A DNA stretch of 62,905 nt, filler included, from Craspedostauros australis (lineage: Eukaryota), in the NCBI GenBank assembly GCA_030167865.1. It is 8 parts of 8 records of this genome, joined end to end, with 100 filler letters (N's around TTAATTAATTAA, not from the genome) between each part and the next. Parts side by side here need not be neighbours in the genome. Positions count along the whole stretch, not along the records: positions 20,415 to 45,971 come from JALAGF010004492.1; 7 more parts are not named here. One strand, 5' to 3'. Shown here in pieces: positions 20,703 to 32,903 of this stretch. Numbering within the stretch: position 1 is the stretch's first letter; the number at the start of each line of letters is the position of its first letter. Under the pieces are notes generated by a model. It was not told the origin of the DNA, did no database searches, and worked only from the letters and a program-made list of their open reading frames with translations. A program made the position numbers and the translations under genes.

Positions 20703-23700
20703 ATGCAAGAAATCGAACAGGAGACAACCACCAGGGAACTACACCCTGATTCCGCATCAATCATCACATTCTCACAAGCTGTCGTTGATTGCTTACACAC
20801 AATCAAGCCTCTCCAACGCGAAGGCAGCGACTCTCTCTCCATCGACCTACACCAATTCAAGGTTGACGCCCACTACTTGCTACGCAGGCTCCGACTTCGA
20901 TTCAACACATTGAATCCACAACCAACCAACGTCAGCCTTCCAACATTCGAGCCAAGGGCAACAGTTGCCCAAGAAGCAAGCATCAACATGGCTGACTGGT
21001 GGCAACCGGACCCCGACGACATGACCAAGGAAGGAGCAACTCCATTCCAGGAGACATACAACAATTTCCACTTGGACATGGAGGATCACTTCGAAAAGGA
21101 CCTCAACAGCGTGTTTCTCAACGAAGACTTCCTCCGACTGGCCACCGACCACGCTGTCGAGCAATTCGTGGAGAAGCTGAGCACCTTCATCAGCACTGGC
21201 ACGATGGAACCCCGCTTCGACGCTCTCGATTTCATGTCCAAGGCCAAATCAGGACCATGGTACTACCAAGATCCTGAGCACCTCATGAATCAAGGGTACC
21301 TTCCACCCAAGTCAGCATTCAGTGCAGATGCATTTGTCCAAAGGACTCGCTCCGTGTGGAACGCAATGATCGAGAATCATCACTACCGTCTTGCATTCGA
21401 GTTGCTCCGTCGCCAGATGACAACGATCCGCCCAGGACCGTGGCTACTTCCAAGCGAATTTGAAATCGAGCAATTCGTTCAAGGAATGATCGAATCAAAC
21501 ACAGCGCCACTCACATCGGCCCCAGTGACTCGCTCTCCCAACCAAGGATCCACACTTGACATCAACCCGTCATTCATTCTCGACACAGCGAAGTGCATTC
21601 CACCAGCCACATAGGCAAACATCGAGCAACATGCTTACTCCGTCGCAATCATCGAGCCACAGCGGGATGCAACAAACTTCCCGACCTACGTCGATAATCG
21701 CATGATCAGCTACTTCGCCGCAGGCGGCGATTTGGATATCGCCGAACGCACTTCCGTGTACAAGGCATCCAACACCGACCCAGACACTCTCTCCTTCGAC
21801 GAAGCCATTCGCGATGACAACAAGGACGAGTGGATGAAAGCCGCCGAAAAGGAGATCCGCGATCTCACAGAAAAGGGAACATGGGAGGAAGTGAAGAAGA
21901 TCAACGTCGTCAACGATCGCATCTTTCTGGGAACCTAGGTCTTTCGCCGCAAGCGCCTTCCTGATGGAACCATCAAGAAGTACAAGGGATGCTGGTGTTG
22001 CCAAGGAGACCTCATGAATGAGGACGCTTCCACCTATGCACCAGTCGTCGCTTGGTCATCCATCTGCATCTTCCTCAGCACATCCATTGTCATGGGTTGG
22101 GCAACAACGTCCATCGACTTCACGAACGCCTTCGTGCAGGCTTCCATTCACAAGCCCGTGTACCTTCATCTCCCTCGCGGATTCAAGTCAACGAAGGGAC
22201 CTGATACCTGCCTCAAGCTCCGCAAGAGCTTGTACGGCTTGACGATTGCTCCTCGTCTCTGGTACAAACACCTGATTCGAGTGCTCACCACGATCGGCTT
22301 CAAGGCCTGCGACCAAGAGCAGTGCCTGTTCATCAAACCGGACATCATGATAGTCCTCTACGTTGACGACGTAGGCATCGCCTCCAAGACCAAGCAAGCC
22401 GCCGACGATTTCATCAAGTCAATGCGCGACCTCGGCTTCGAGCTCGCCCAAGAAGGCAGCTTCAACGAATTCCTGGGAATCGAGCTCAGCCGTGACCCAA
22501 AAGCAGACACAGTCCATCTCCGCCAGCCAGGATTGATCAAGAAGATCCTCGCAACCACGAAGATGGCAAACTGCAGTCCGTGCCCTGTGCCAACCACTCA
22601 GCTCGCACTTGGAAAATGCAAGGATGAGCCACCCATGAACGAGCCATGGAACTACCGCTCCGTCGTCGGCATGTTGCTGTATCTCACGACCAACACTCGC
22701 CCCGACCTAGCATTTGCGGTCTCCCAAGTCGCTCGCTTCGGAAGTGACCCTCGTCGCTCGCATGCTAAGGCCATCAAGCACATCATGCGCTACCTCAAAC
22801 ATACTGAGGACAAGGGCACCATTGTGCGTCCCACTGGGCAGCTTGATCTCAAGTGCTACGTGGATGCAGACTTCGCAGGGCTCTACGGACGAGAGGACAG
22901 CCAGGACCCCGTCTCCGTCAAATCGCGCACCGGCTACCTCATCACATTGGGAGGGTGCCCCCTTATTTGGAAGTCCAAACTCCAAACTGAGATTGCGCTA
23001 TCCACGATGGAGTCCGAGTACGCCGCTCTCTCTCTGGCAATGCGCACGTTGATTCCCATCCAACAGCTCATCCGCCAAGTCATCAACAACGCAGGCACCA
23101 ACATGCCGCTGCACACCAACCTCCAGTGTACCGTTTTTGAGGACAACCAAGCCTGCATTTCCCTCGCCACCAATCATCAACCAACCGCGCGCATCAAACA
23201 CTTCCTGACTAAGTGGCGCTTCTTTTGGTACTGGGTTAAGGCAGGGTTCATCTACATCCAGCACATCGCAACACCGGAGCAACTGGCCGACATCTTCACC
23301 AAAGGATTGTCCATCGCAGTCTTCGAATACCTACGATTCAAGATCATGGGTTGGTAACAACCAACAACAACAAACAACAACGAAGGATGAAGTTTTCATC
23401 AATACCACAACTCCAATCACGACCCAACACTGAGAGGGAAAGTTGAGATTCAATGAGGAACAGACTATTACCGGACATGGTATCAACCCAATTGGAGAAA
23501 TTCTTGTTTTGGCGCGAAATCTTCCGACTTGATCGACCACCAAATCTTTTCTCCTCCTTCCCCTCCTCATTCACAAATCCATCATGACTCAAACCTGACC
23601 GACCTGACTCACACCCACTTGGGAACTATATGCTCCTCAGATCCTCTTACTACAATATACCTCGATTCCCTTCATGCTGACGACTACTGCATCACTGCCG

Positions 23701-24123
23701 TAGTCTCAACGTGCGTATCCAACTTGCTTCAACTCGAGCAATGGAATCCGAGGGTCAGCTCCAGCCACAGCCACTGCTTCATGACTGTCACCAACATGCG
23801 TCATGGCCTATACAACAGTGAATCTACATGTGCGGAGAGCAAGGCGCTGTAATGACCGTATACCCTGTAGCACTGAATCAAGTGCATCAGTGCAGGGTCT
23901 CGCCAAGTTGTGTGGCATCGTTTCTTCACCCTACTAACACTATAAGCTAACTCATAATAAACAGACAAGGATTAGCTACAAAGCACTCTACTACTCATCG
24001 TTACAAGTTATAACTCTTCAACCAGCACACCTCTCTTGAACTGCATCACACGGCTATCCCGAAGCCGGCAGATCCAAGAGGCATCCTCCACCGATTCGCG
24101 CCGACTACGCCCGAATCCTAACT
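20703..24123 (+). mobile_element. Ty1/copia element C, 3' half (INT-RT spacer, RT, RNase H, PPT, LTR-C); pseudogenised
   Basis: DPDTLSFDEA, FRRKRLPDG, IDFTNAFVQA, KSLYGL, YVDD, YVDADFAG, STMESEY, QLADIFTKGL; TAG stops at 21612 and 21936; PPT TGAGAGGGAA at 23431-23440. Confidence 0.93.
23441..24123 (+). mobile_element. 3' LTR family C (AGTTG..TAACT, 683 bp)
   Basis: Starts immediately after the PPT; homology with 6179-6919 stops at AATCCTAACT. Confidence 0.8.
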
Positions 24124-24745
24124 CACTCTACTTTACCAACGGCAGGTTGACTCACTGACCTGGGTCGTATCTTCGACAAGTCTGACCATTCGGCTCCATC
24201 AATAATTGTGTGGTATATCATAAATGAACCGCAGCTTTCAAAGCCACTTGACCATTAGTTGAAAGCGGGACTCCCTATCGTCTCGTTCGACTGTGGCCGA
24301 ACAGATGTCGATGCGCAGCCAAAAGAACTGTCTTGTTCGTGTCGGAGGAAGGTGGACATCAGCAGACACAAAAGACATCAACGAATTGGTATCTTTGGCT
24401 CCGCGACACGAACAGGAGAAGAGACAAGAACAGAGCATCGAAGAGCAACACAACAAGGGAAAGGAGGACGAGACACCAGGAGACGAGGCGAGGCGAGGCA
24501 GAGAGAACAGAACAGAACGCAACAAGAACACACGAGAGAGGAAGGATCCCAAGATCAGACCCACAATCACAAATCCTCTATCGGAATGGGAGTGCTCGTT
24601 CCACAACTCTCTGGCGCCATCTATCCATTCTGCGACTCGCACCACGCACCACAACACAAGGCCCACAACACAAGGCCTGCCGCCAGAAACGCTCCGTCAC
24701 CACACGAACCTGCTCCAATACGCTGATATTCCCCAAGAGTGCACC

Positions 24746-26050
24746 ATGCGCCTCACGTCAACCCAAGTCTCCGCTCTGTTCGCAGCCTCCACCCTCGCAG
24801 GGGTGTCTGCCTTCAACGCGCTGCCCACTACGTCCAAGCCAATGCGGCCCACACACAGCGCAGGTGCCGCAATCCCAACCTCAACAACTTCGCTCCATGT
24901 GGGAATGACGCTGAACATGCCTCCGAGTCGAGAAGATGGCGAATTCGATGGCAGCGATCCCTTCATGGTGACTCAGATGGCACAGGACTGCGCAGATTCG
25001 GACACCTGCTCGGTGGAAGATGCGGAGAAGTACCTTCGAGGCTTGCTGATGATCCAGAGCGACTGCGCTGCCAATATCCTGGATGAAGAAAACGCGATCT
25101 GCAGAGATGTTGGCACCGCTGCCGCCCTCGTCGCCGCCCTTCGAGACAAGATCAAATTCGGCCAAGCAGAGCTCGCTCGGTAAGCGTGAAAACAGAGTTT
25201 GCAATGGGATGCTTCGTCTCGCAGTCACCATCCTCGCACTCTCGTGTAAAAACTCAGTTCAGAATCCAAGTGGGCAAAGCAACAAACGACTTCGTGTGCG
25301 AGCATTCGACATCCAATTGAATCTCTCCATCCATTCTGTTTTCTCACTTATCTTCTCGTACATGTATTACTCGCACCATAATCGTGTATCACCAGACAAA
25401 CCAATTTCAACACGGTCGCATCATTCGGACTTGGAGCTGCGGCGCTGTTGTTCGCGTCCACCCTCGCTGTTTCCGTCCTGTCAGCCCAGCCGGATGCAGC
25501 ACCATTCACAATGCAAGAATGGTGGTGGGCCGCACGTGATGGTTACTTGGGCACCATGATGGCGCATTTCGTGCGTCATGGGGGACTTGTTGCAGCAGAA
25601 GCGGTGGATGGAACACAGAGCAACAGCAACAACCCATTTCTCATGACGTTGACATTGCGAGAGTGGGTGTGGGCCATCCAGGGTGGATACTTCGATAACA
25701 TGGTGGTGCAGCTGTTCCGAGAAGGTGGCATGGAATTGGCGTCGGCTGCTTCGTCTGCACCAGCATCAGCAATTTCGCCATCGTCATCGTTGTTGCAGGA
25801 AACTGCAAGCGCTGCATCCTCGCTCGATGGAGTCCTCGTAGCGAATCTGACACCGCAGGAGGTTTGGTGGGCCATCCGAGGATCGTACGTGGATACCCTG
25901 TTGTCCCATGTCTATCACAATGGCGGATTGGCCGTCACTGACTACGATTCGGACGCGGTGTCCTTTTCGATCGAAGAATGGAAGCACGCCATGCGAGATG
26001 GATACATGGATGACATGGTGGCGAGCTTTTACACGAAGGGCGGGTTGTAA
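24746..26050 (+). CDS. Plastid-targeted protein with an N-terminal Cys-containing helical domain, one TM segment and four xTxQEWWWAxRDGY...GGL repeats (exons 24746-25179, 25396-26050)
   Basis: Signal peptide + VSA|F cleavage motif + Ser/Thr-rich transit peptide; GTAAGC..ACCAG intron 25180-25395 joins the two ORFs in frame. Confidence 0.85.
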
Positions 26051-27007
26051 TGTCCTTAATCAATGCCAACTCATTCTCTCTCCCTCCAGTATTATATTTG
26101 GGCGCGCTACCGAACAAATACCCATACTCAACCACATACGACCAAGTGCATGCCACGAAGCCCAGCGGAGGGTGTGGATGGAATGAAAGCGGACGAGGAC
26201 GATCGGAAGTCGAGGAGAGTTCTCCGACTCGCACCTCATGTGAATTTGTGAGCGGCACGCTCATCCTCCAGCAGCAGCGTACGAATGCAGCACGAGGTAC
26301 TCTACTCTCCATGGCGAAGTGGGATATATGATATTAGTAGTAGTATGCACAGTGCAGAGCGCAGAGTGCAACAAGTAGTAGCTCGTATTCTATAACACGA
26401 GTCTGCCATTCTGTTCGTTTGACTCATTCCGTCCCAGCTCTCTACTTCGTAGGTCAGAGCTTGCTTGTGCTTCCTGCACCTCTTCTGGTCACGGTGGATT
26501 CGCTGGCTTGGGGTGGGAAAAACACTAATTCAGTCGCACAGGACGAAACGGAACAAACAGACGCCGCCACACCAGACGCACCACCATGGCTGTGCCTGCA
26601 ACGTCAACCAGACACAGCGACACTCTCAGCAATCTCCACAACCTCAACAACAAGATCGGCGAGAGGGGAGCAGCACAAGAACGAACACGTGTGTCAGCAG
26701 TTGCACCAACGAGCATTCTCTCCACTCGCATGGTACTACACATATAATCGTGGAAAGCACAAGGCACCAACAGCAACCATCCAATCTCCCATACCTCCCA
26801 TACCTCCCATACCTCCCATACGTGCGACTGCTCTCTCCAGAGAACACTGGTGAAGAAAAAGCACCAGCGACGAGAACCGTGCAACAACCCTCCCATCACA
26901 ACAGATCGTACTCCACAACCAAATCACACCCCTCTTGGCCTGCTATCCGACTGCTGAAATCTCCGCGTACGTGTTACAGCACGTGTAGCACTACGAGCAA
27001 CACTACG

Positions 27008-29098
27008 ATGGCTGACATGAGCACGGAGCAGATGGCGGACGCGGAGCCTGTGGAGAAAATCACCAAATCGCGATCAGAAGCCGATGAGGCATACTTCGTC
27101 CAAAGATCCAACAACACCTACCACATGTTTTCCCAAGCAACGACCGATGAAGGTGCTGACATCAGCAGCTGCACGCCGACGAGGGAAGACCAAGCAATCT
27201 CCCGCATGATGCGGCTGGTGGATGAGTTCTTCGCATTCCGGACTTGGGAGGACGCCAAGTACGCCCACCATCGCCCAGACTGCGACTCGCGCCGCGACGC
27301 TCTTAATTTCGGCATCAAGACCTCGTGGGAGAAGGTGCATCCAGGGGACCATCTTGGTGCCTGCATCGCCCTGTACATCACGTGGGCGAACGTCTTTCGA
27401 GAGCCGACCATCAGCCTGACCACCATCATGGCGAATGATGCATGTCGAGCATTCAGAGAAATCACCCGCAGATTTCGCGATTGGAGTCCCATCGACGCTC
27501 CTCCACCAGGTCCCAGCGAAGGCCTGAGGGAGCTGGGGAGGACGTCGAACAGCTTCAGGGATCTCTACTGCACATTGAAGCAACTTTCCTGCAAGAAGCC
27601 AGCAGCTGTGCAACGCGCTGAACAGGAGATGCGCAAGGAAATTCAAAGAAGCCGACAAGAATCTCCTCTCATTGAAGCGCCACCTACAACACCAAGTGCT
27701 CCAATGAAATTTGAATCGAAGGGAGATGCTGGCAACGAGACAAAGCAACGAACGGGAGCGAACGTGCCAGACGACGGCGTTGGGGCATGTGATGGAGGCT
27801 CTCCATGCAGCACCATGCGACTCAGGCGATCGCCAAGGTTGCGATCAGCCAACGAAGTTGGTGCTGAAGATGGTCAGAATTGTGCGGTCACGGCTGACGC
27901 TGCGGCTCAGGGATGTGCTCCATCCCAAGGACAAAAGCACAATGGTCGCAATCAGGAACCACATCCAACCAAACGATACTCACTTGTCGCTCGCTTGCCA
28001 ACGAAGGACTGGACCAAATTCCTTCCTTCCAAACGACGACGATCGCCGGCGAGGCAAGAGGAATGCACCAAGGGCGGAACGAAGAGTTGCGAGACTGAGA
28101 AGAAGCGGGAGGGATTCAGTGCGAGTGTCTCTACACCTCGCAAGTGCAAGCGCAAGTCTGCATCCAAGACAACAGCGTCAACGGCAACATCGGCAGCTGT
28201 GCCAGCATCCGCATCACAATCTGTTGGTCGCACCAAATCGCCATCTTGCTCGCAACAGTTGCAGATCATCGATACTGACGGACGGAAAATGACAGCACGA
28301 GATACCACATATCCACACCCAGCAGTGGTATCGCCTGCTGTCTGCAAGCCAACGCCCAAGACGCTCGAGAGGGAGAAAGGGGCAGAGACAAGCATGGAGG
28401 CAAAGGTGTTGGACCTGGAAAACGAAGTAAGGATGAGCCGGCAAAGAATCAAGCATCTCGACAGTCAAATTCTTCGCATGGCAACAGAGAACCTGAGCAT
28501 GAAACACAGCGAAGCTGATAGTCTCGCAAAGGCGACGGAGGCGTTGCAACAGTACAAGGAATGGAGAACCAAGGCCGAATACATGGCTATCCACCAAAGA
28601 AAGTTGCGAGAGATGGCGACCAAATCCGCCGCCAGAGTCCAGGAGCTGGAGCAGGAGATCGCTCAAGGCAAGGCAGCGTTGCAGATCATGGCAGATGCGA
28701 AAGCGAAGTGGGAAACGACCTGCTCAGCAGAAACGGAGAAGCGGAAGAAGTTGGAAGCGGAGGTTCAAGATCTGAAAGGCCAACTTGAGGAGCAGCAGGC
28801 GAAGGCACGCGCCAAATGGAAAGAGGAGCATGACAAACTGCTGAAGAAAACAGCGACGAAACTCGCCCACGTACGGAACGAAAATCAGCGTCTGATGAGT
28901 GTGAATGAAGCGTTCGTGTCCAGCGAAGAACAGTGCAGCAAGGTAATGGCGGCATTGCAGGCAGACAACCAGAGGCTGATGGAAGAAAACCACGATCTTC
29001 GCAGCAGACGCGCGGATCCAACTGTGGAAGAGGAACTGCGGGCGTCGTTGGAGGAGTACAAGGAAAGATGCAGGAAATTTCAGACTCGATTGGGATGA
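27008..29098 (+). CDS. Hypothetical protein with a disordered basic middle and a long C-terminal coiled coil
   Basis: Long ORF; heptad-rich E/K/Q/A/L region from about 28390; start taken at MADMSTEQ. Confidence 0.65.
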   Translation: MADMSTEQMADAEPVEKITKSRSEADEAYFVQRSNNTYHMFSQATTDEGADISSCTPTREDQAISRMMRLVDEFFAFRTWEDAKYAHHRPDCDSRRDALNFGIKTSWEKVHPGDHLGACIALYITWANVFREPTISLTTIMANDACRAFREITRRFRDWSPIDAPPPGPSEGLRELGRTSNSFRDLYCTLKQLSCKKPAAVQRAEQEMRKEIQRSRQESPLIEAPPTTPSAPMKFESKGDAGNETKQRTGANVPDDGVGACDGGSPCSTMRLRRSPRLRSANEVGAEDGQNCAVTADAAAQGCAPSQGQKHNGRNQEPHPTKRYSLVARLPTKDWTKFLPSKRRRSPARQEECTKGGTKSCETEKKREGFSASVSTPRKCKRKSASKTTASTATSAAVPASASQSVGRTKSPSCSQQLQIIDTDGRKMTARDTTYPHPAVVSPAVCKPTPKTLEREKGAETSMEAKVLDLENEVRMSRQRIKHLDSQILRMATENLSMKHSEADSLAKATEALQQYKEWRTKAEYMAIHQRKLREMATKSAARVQELEQEIAQGKAALQIMADAKAKWETTCSAETEKRKKLEAEVQDLKGQLEEQQAKARAKWKEEHDKLLKKTATKLAHVRNENQRLMSVNEAFVSSEEQCSKVMAALQADNQRLMEENHDLRSRRADPTVEEELRASLEEYKERCRKFQTRLG

Positions 29099-29618
29099 CG
29101 TGCTGTGAACGCAACAGGATGGCCGAGCATGGCACCACCACCGGTACTCGAATCATGGATTACATGCGAGCTATTGAGGAAGTTGCAGCAACAGAGTAGG
29201 ACACAAATGTTAATGCATACCATGGCACACAGATCGTATAGGAGACTGCAATACACGTACGATCCATTTTATGCGTACGCAACAGAGTGCTCGTTGGTGC
29301 AGGCACACGCGGTCGACACGTTTCTTCGCTATCGGCGCTGGTCGATAATTGGCTGAGAACAGGATCGAAGCGCAAAGAGGGACAACTTCGCCGAGATCTG
29401 GAACGGTGAAGTGTCAGAAGAGCGCCAACCAAACGAGTTGATGTGTGACGTGCAGCAGCAGAACAGTGACGCTGCTCATCGTTGCGAAGATTCTTCGGCG
29501 GAGACAGAAGATGAGCCGTCGATCTGCCTCTTGTCATAAATCAGAACGAGCAGTTCCGGAGAGCAACCAGCCCACTCGACAGACTCGTAGAGCACCCACG
29601 TTGCAGCCGCACCAGTTG

Positions 29619-29660
29619 CAACCACAACCACAACCACAACCACAACCACAACCACAACCA
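29619..29660 (+). repeat. (CAACCA)7 microsatellite just upstream of the methyltransferase start
   Basis: Read directly from the sequence. Confidence 0.9.
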
Positions 29661-29688
29661 CAACAAGGAATCAGCAACCAAAGAGGTG

Positions 29689-30516
29689 ATGAGACAGGAG
29701 CTTGCACAGATCGCGACATTGATTAGCGTGACAGCACTGTTGATTGCTTCCTTGACATCCGCTTCTCTGAGCTTCACCATCTCCGCATCCGGACTTGCCA
29801 TGGGTTGGACGGACACTTGGGACGACATCCTGAATGGCGGCAGCCCACGATGGAAGGTGACCGACTTGTCGGCCAAGGAGATCGCCTTGAACTACATCAA
29901 GGAGTACGCCAAGACATCCATCGATGGCAGCGGCGCAAAGGACGCAACGGAGGATCCCAAGCTGCGCATCTTCTGCCCGCTGGCTGGTGACGACATGTTC
30001 GTCCATTACGCTTGGAGCAAGGGCCACACGGTCTCCTCCGTCGATCTGGTGCCTGCGGCCGTCGCGGCCATGCGTCAGCAGTTTGGAGGCGAGGAGGAGT
30101 GGACGGAGGAGGAACTTCCGAAGGACATCGTCAAGTGGACCCACAAGAGCGGCCGTGCGACGCTGTACCAGGGCGATGCCTTCACTCCGCTGGCGGCCCT
30201 GGACGGAACCATCGACGCCGTCTACGATAAAGATTCCTTCGGTGCGCTGGATCCTCCCATGCGCGTGGATTTCTGCAAGCGGGTTTCGGAGTACGTGAAA
30301 CCGGGAGGCATCGTGTACACCGAGGTGAAGTTCAAGGATGCGGACAGCCCAAGCAGGAACAGCGGGCCGCCGTACCATGTGGAGGAGAAGGATCTGATGG
30401 AGGCCGACAAGTTCGGGTCAATGTTCGAGTACGTTGCCTCATTGGGCGAGCTGTACCCTCTTCCCATTCCAGGGATGAAGCAGACAGGGCATATCTTGCG
30501 CCGTTTGGCCAAGTAG
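29689..30516 (+). CDS. Thiopurine/thiol/halide S-methyltransferase (TPMT) family, SAM-dependent, with an N-terminal presequence
   Basis: RIFCPLAGD, GHTVSSVDLVPAAV, YQGDAF, DAVYDKDSFGALDPPMR, GPPYHV. Confidence 0.88.
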   Translation: MRQELAQIATLISVTALLIASLTSASLSFTISASGLAMGWTDTWDDILNGGSPRWKVTDLSAKEIALNYIKEYAKTSIDGSGAKDATEDPKLRIFCPLAGDDMFVHYAWSKGHTVSSVDLVPAAVAAMRQQFGGEEEWTEEELPKDIVKWTHKSGRATLYQGDAFTPLAALDGTIDAVYDKDSFGALDPPMRVDFCKRVSEYVKPGGIVYTEVKFKDADSPSRNSGPPYHVEEKDLMEADKFGSMFEYVASLGELYPLPIPGMKQTGHILRRLAK

Positions 30517-31451
30517 ATCAGCACAAAGCGGAGCGAGGGGAGCGGAGCAGGCTGGTCATGTACCTACCTGCCATACTCGTGCGCCCGGATCGATTGGAAG
30601 AGGAAGCAGGAATATGACTTGCGCGGAAACGAAACAATTGAAGGCTCTCGACAACCCCAATGTCGATTGATACATACTCGTACAAGTAGCTCTTGGAAGT
30701 AGCTCGTATGGTGCAAGTGGCGTGGAATGCGATGGATCTGCAAAAGACGCCCTCTGCACTCCTCTATCCTTACTGATACGAAGACCACATTCATCAACAA
30801 TGGCTATCATCTATTCTATTTTACTACGGTTTAATCGTTTGGTACATACGAATAGAGTGTAGCACCAATAATAGTATTCTATTATTATGTAATCCTATTC
30901 GTGGAGAACCGTGCGTCCAACGATTGTATGGTCTGTCGTTTCCATCGATGCTCCATCCATGAACTGTCCACACACGTCGGTGTCCCGCTGACACCCGCTG
31001 GTTGTGTGTGAGTATCGTTTCAAGATCCGAATACACATGGAATGTCGATGTGGAACATGGATTGACACGAGTAATTTTCGTGTTCACCACAAAAAGGTGC
31101 GCGTTCTTGAAATTTGTGAGGTCAACTTCCGTATTTTTGGCGAAGTGGTGGTTGCGTATTAATAGTGGTGGAATTAGCACAATAGTTACGATGGATGATT
31201 GCATAATGCCATTTGAATGTGTTCTGCTATACGTTGGAATGATGTGACAGTGGATGGCGCACCTTCCTCATTTCCTCTTCTTCTCCCTCACAAACCACAA
31301 CAACCAAAATCGCCATCCCAATCTTCATCATTGCTAACATCATTGCTAACATCATCGTTAACATCATCGTTAACATCAACTGGCATCACTAACATCGACA
31401 AGCGCCGATCAGATCAGTGCAACTATCAGCAACCTCATCACGAATATCACC

Positions 31452-32195
31452 ATGGAAACCTACCAATCCTCGTACGAGCGCCCTGGTGACAAGATGAACA
31501 TGGGGTCTTCCGAGAAACAGGCTTCCATGGATCTGCACCAGCCATTGATCGAGGCGGACAGCATCGCCATGATCCCCGCACTCGCACCTACCACGTCTAC
31601 ATCCACGATGATGTCCACAATGATGTCCAAGCCGACCAGTGCGCCATTCCCATCGCGCTCCGCTATGATGCTTGCGGGCATTTTCAGCGGCCTCGTCGTC
31701 CAGATCATCTCGTTGGGATCCTACGGCCTCCTCATGGTGGACGCCAGCAGCCCGATGCTGGGTTCCGCCGCGACTGCCGTCCTGCAGTTCCTCACCAAGG
31801 TCGATTTCTACATTTACATCTCGATCTGGGGCGCCTTCACGTTCACCATGACGACGACGGGCATGAACACTGTGCAATCCTGCGTTGGCGCTGCGATGCC
31901 ATTGACCCGCCGCACCGTCTTCGTCGGCGGCGTGTTCTTTCTCATCGGCATCGTGGGCGGCGCCTTCCTGGCATGGATGGCGATGGATGCCTACCTCGGA
32001 GATCCGATTCCTTACACGCCGCTCTTCGCCACCGTGATGGTAGATCTTCTGCTGTGCTACTTGATGATCGTGTGTTATGATTATGGCAACTCTGGAATGG
32101 ACAGCACCGACGAAGAAGAACACGAGGAAGAGGCGGGAGTGACAGAGCAGGGCAGCAGCTGCGTCGATGGCAAGGGTTGCCAGGAGTGTTGCTGA
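31452..32195 (+). CDS. Four-TM membrane protein of unknown function (paralog 1)
   Basis: Four hydrophobic segments and an acidic tail; aligns with 36026-36919. Confidence 0.8.
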   Translation: METYQSSYERPGDKMNMGSSEKQASMDLHQPLIEADSIAMIPALAPTTSTSTMMSTMMSKPTSAPFPSRSAMMLAGIFSGLVVQIISLGSYGLLMVDASSPMLGSAATAVLQFLTKVDFYIYISIWGAFTFTMTTTGMNTVQSCVGAAMPLTRRTVFVGGVFFLIGIVGGAFLAWMAMDAYLGDPIPYTPLFATVMVDLLLCYLMIVCYDYGNSGMDSTDEEEHEEEAGVTEQGSSCVDGKGCQECC

Positions 32196-32903
32196 TGATC
32201 CACAGCAGCACAAGAAGAAGCCGCTGGTGCGGATCCAGCCACAACACAATACATAGCAGGTACATATATTATACAGGCGAACCGCGTCCACTACTAGAAA
32301 AATACACTTGGATTCGATCACTGCAGCTTGGCTGGTGGTGAGCGCCTTTCGCAAAGGCGCGCAGACATTCGCCGTGGTTAAGATTCGGCCAACATGTGCG
32401 CGCATATGCGTGTTCAAGTGTGACGCTTCGTAGGTCGTACGAGTATCGACCACTCTCATCTGAATTGATCCATTCTCTCAACCTCGTCTGATGGATGTGG
32501 GGTCGAGAGACGGCGGAACGGCTTTGGCCACCAATTCGCACTCTCCCTTGTTGTTCTCTCGTGTTGCTAGGGATGATGGTGAGTGCTGTGTGCACATGCC
32601 CTATCCCTTGCACTCTGCCATATTCATGCTCGTGCCCATGGGGTACATGCATAAGAGGGTTCCACTTTGCACCAAGTGCGAGGATGATATCCAGCAAACC
32701 AGCTTTTTGTTCATCCTTCGCAGTCCATCCTCCATCGTCCACTGTCCACAATCCGCTATCCAATCGCCGAGCGTCTACTCTCTTCTTCGTCATTCGCCAT
32801 TCGTAATTGATTCATTTCCAAACATGCCAATCCATAGCCGGCGATGGTCCTCAACACAATGCTCTTCCGAGTATTCTACCTTTACCAATGGAATGCACCA
32901 TTC

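Noticed and set aside
24293..24745. N-terminal extension of the plastid protein ORF (likewise 26465-27007 and 10273-10202)
   Set aside because: UTR-like low-complexity sequence upstream of a better-supported start codon
30740..31250. AT-rich island with small ORFs as a Helitron or viral insert
   Set aside because: No recognisable motif, terminus or second copy in the window
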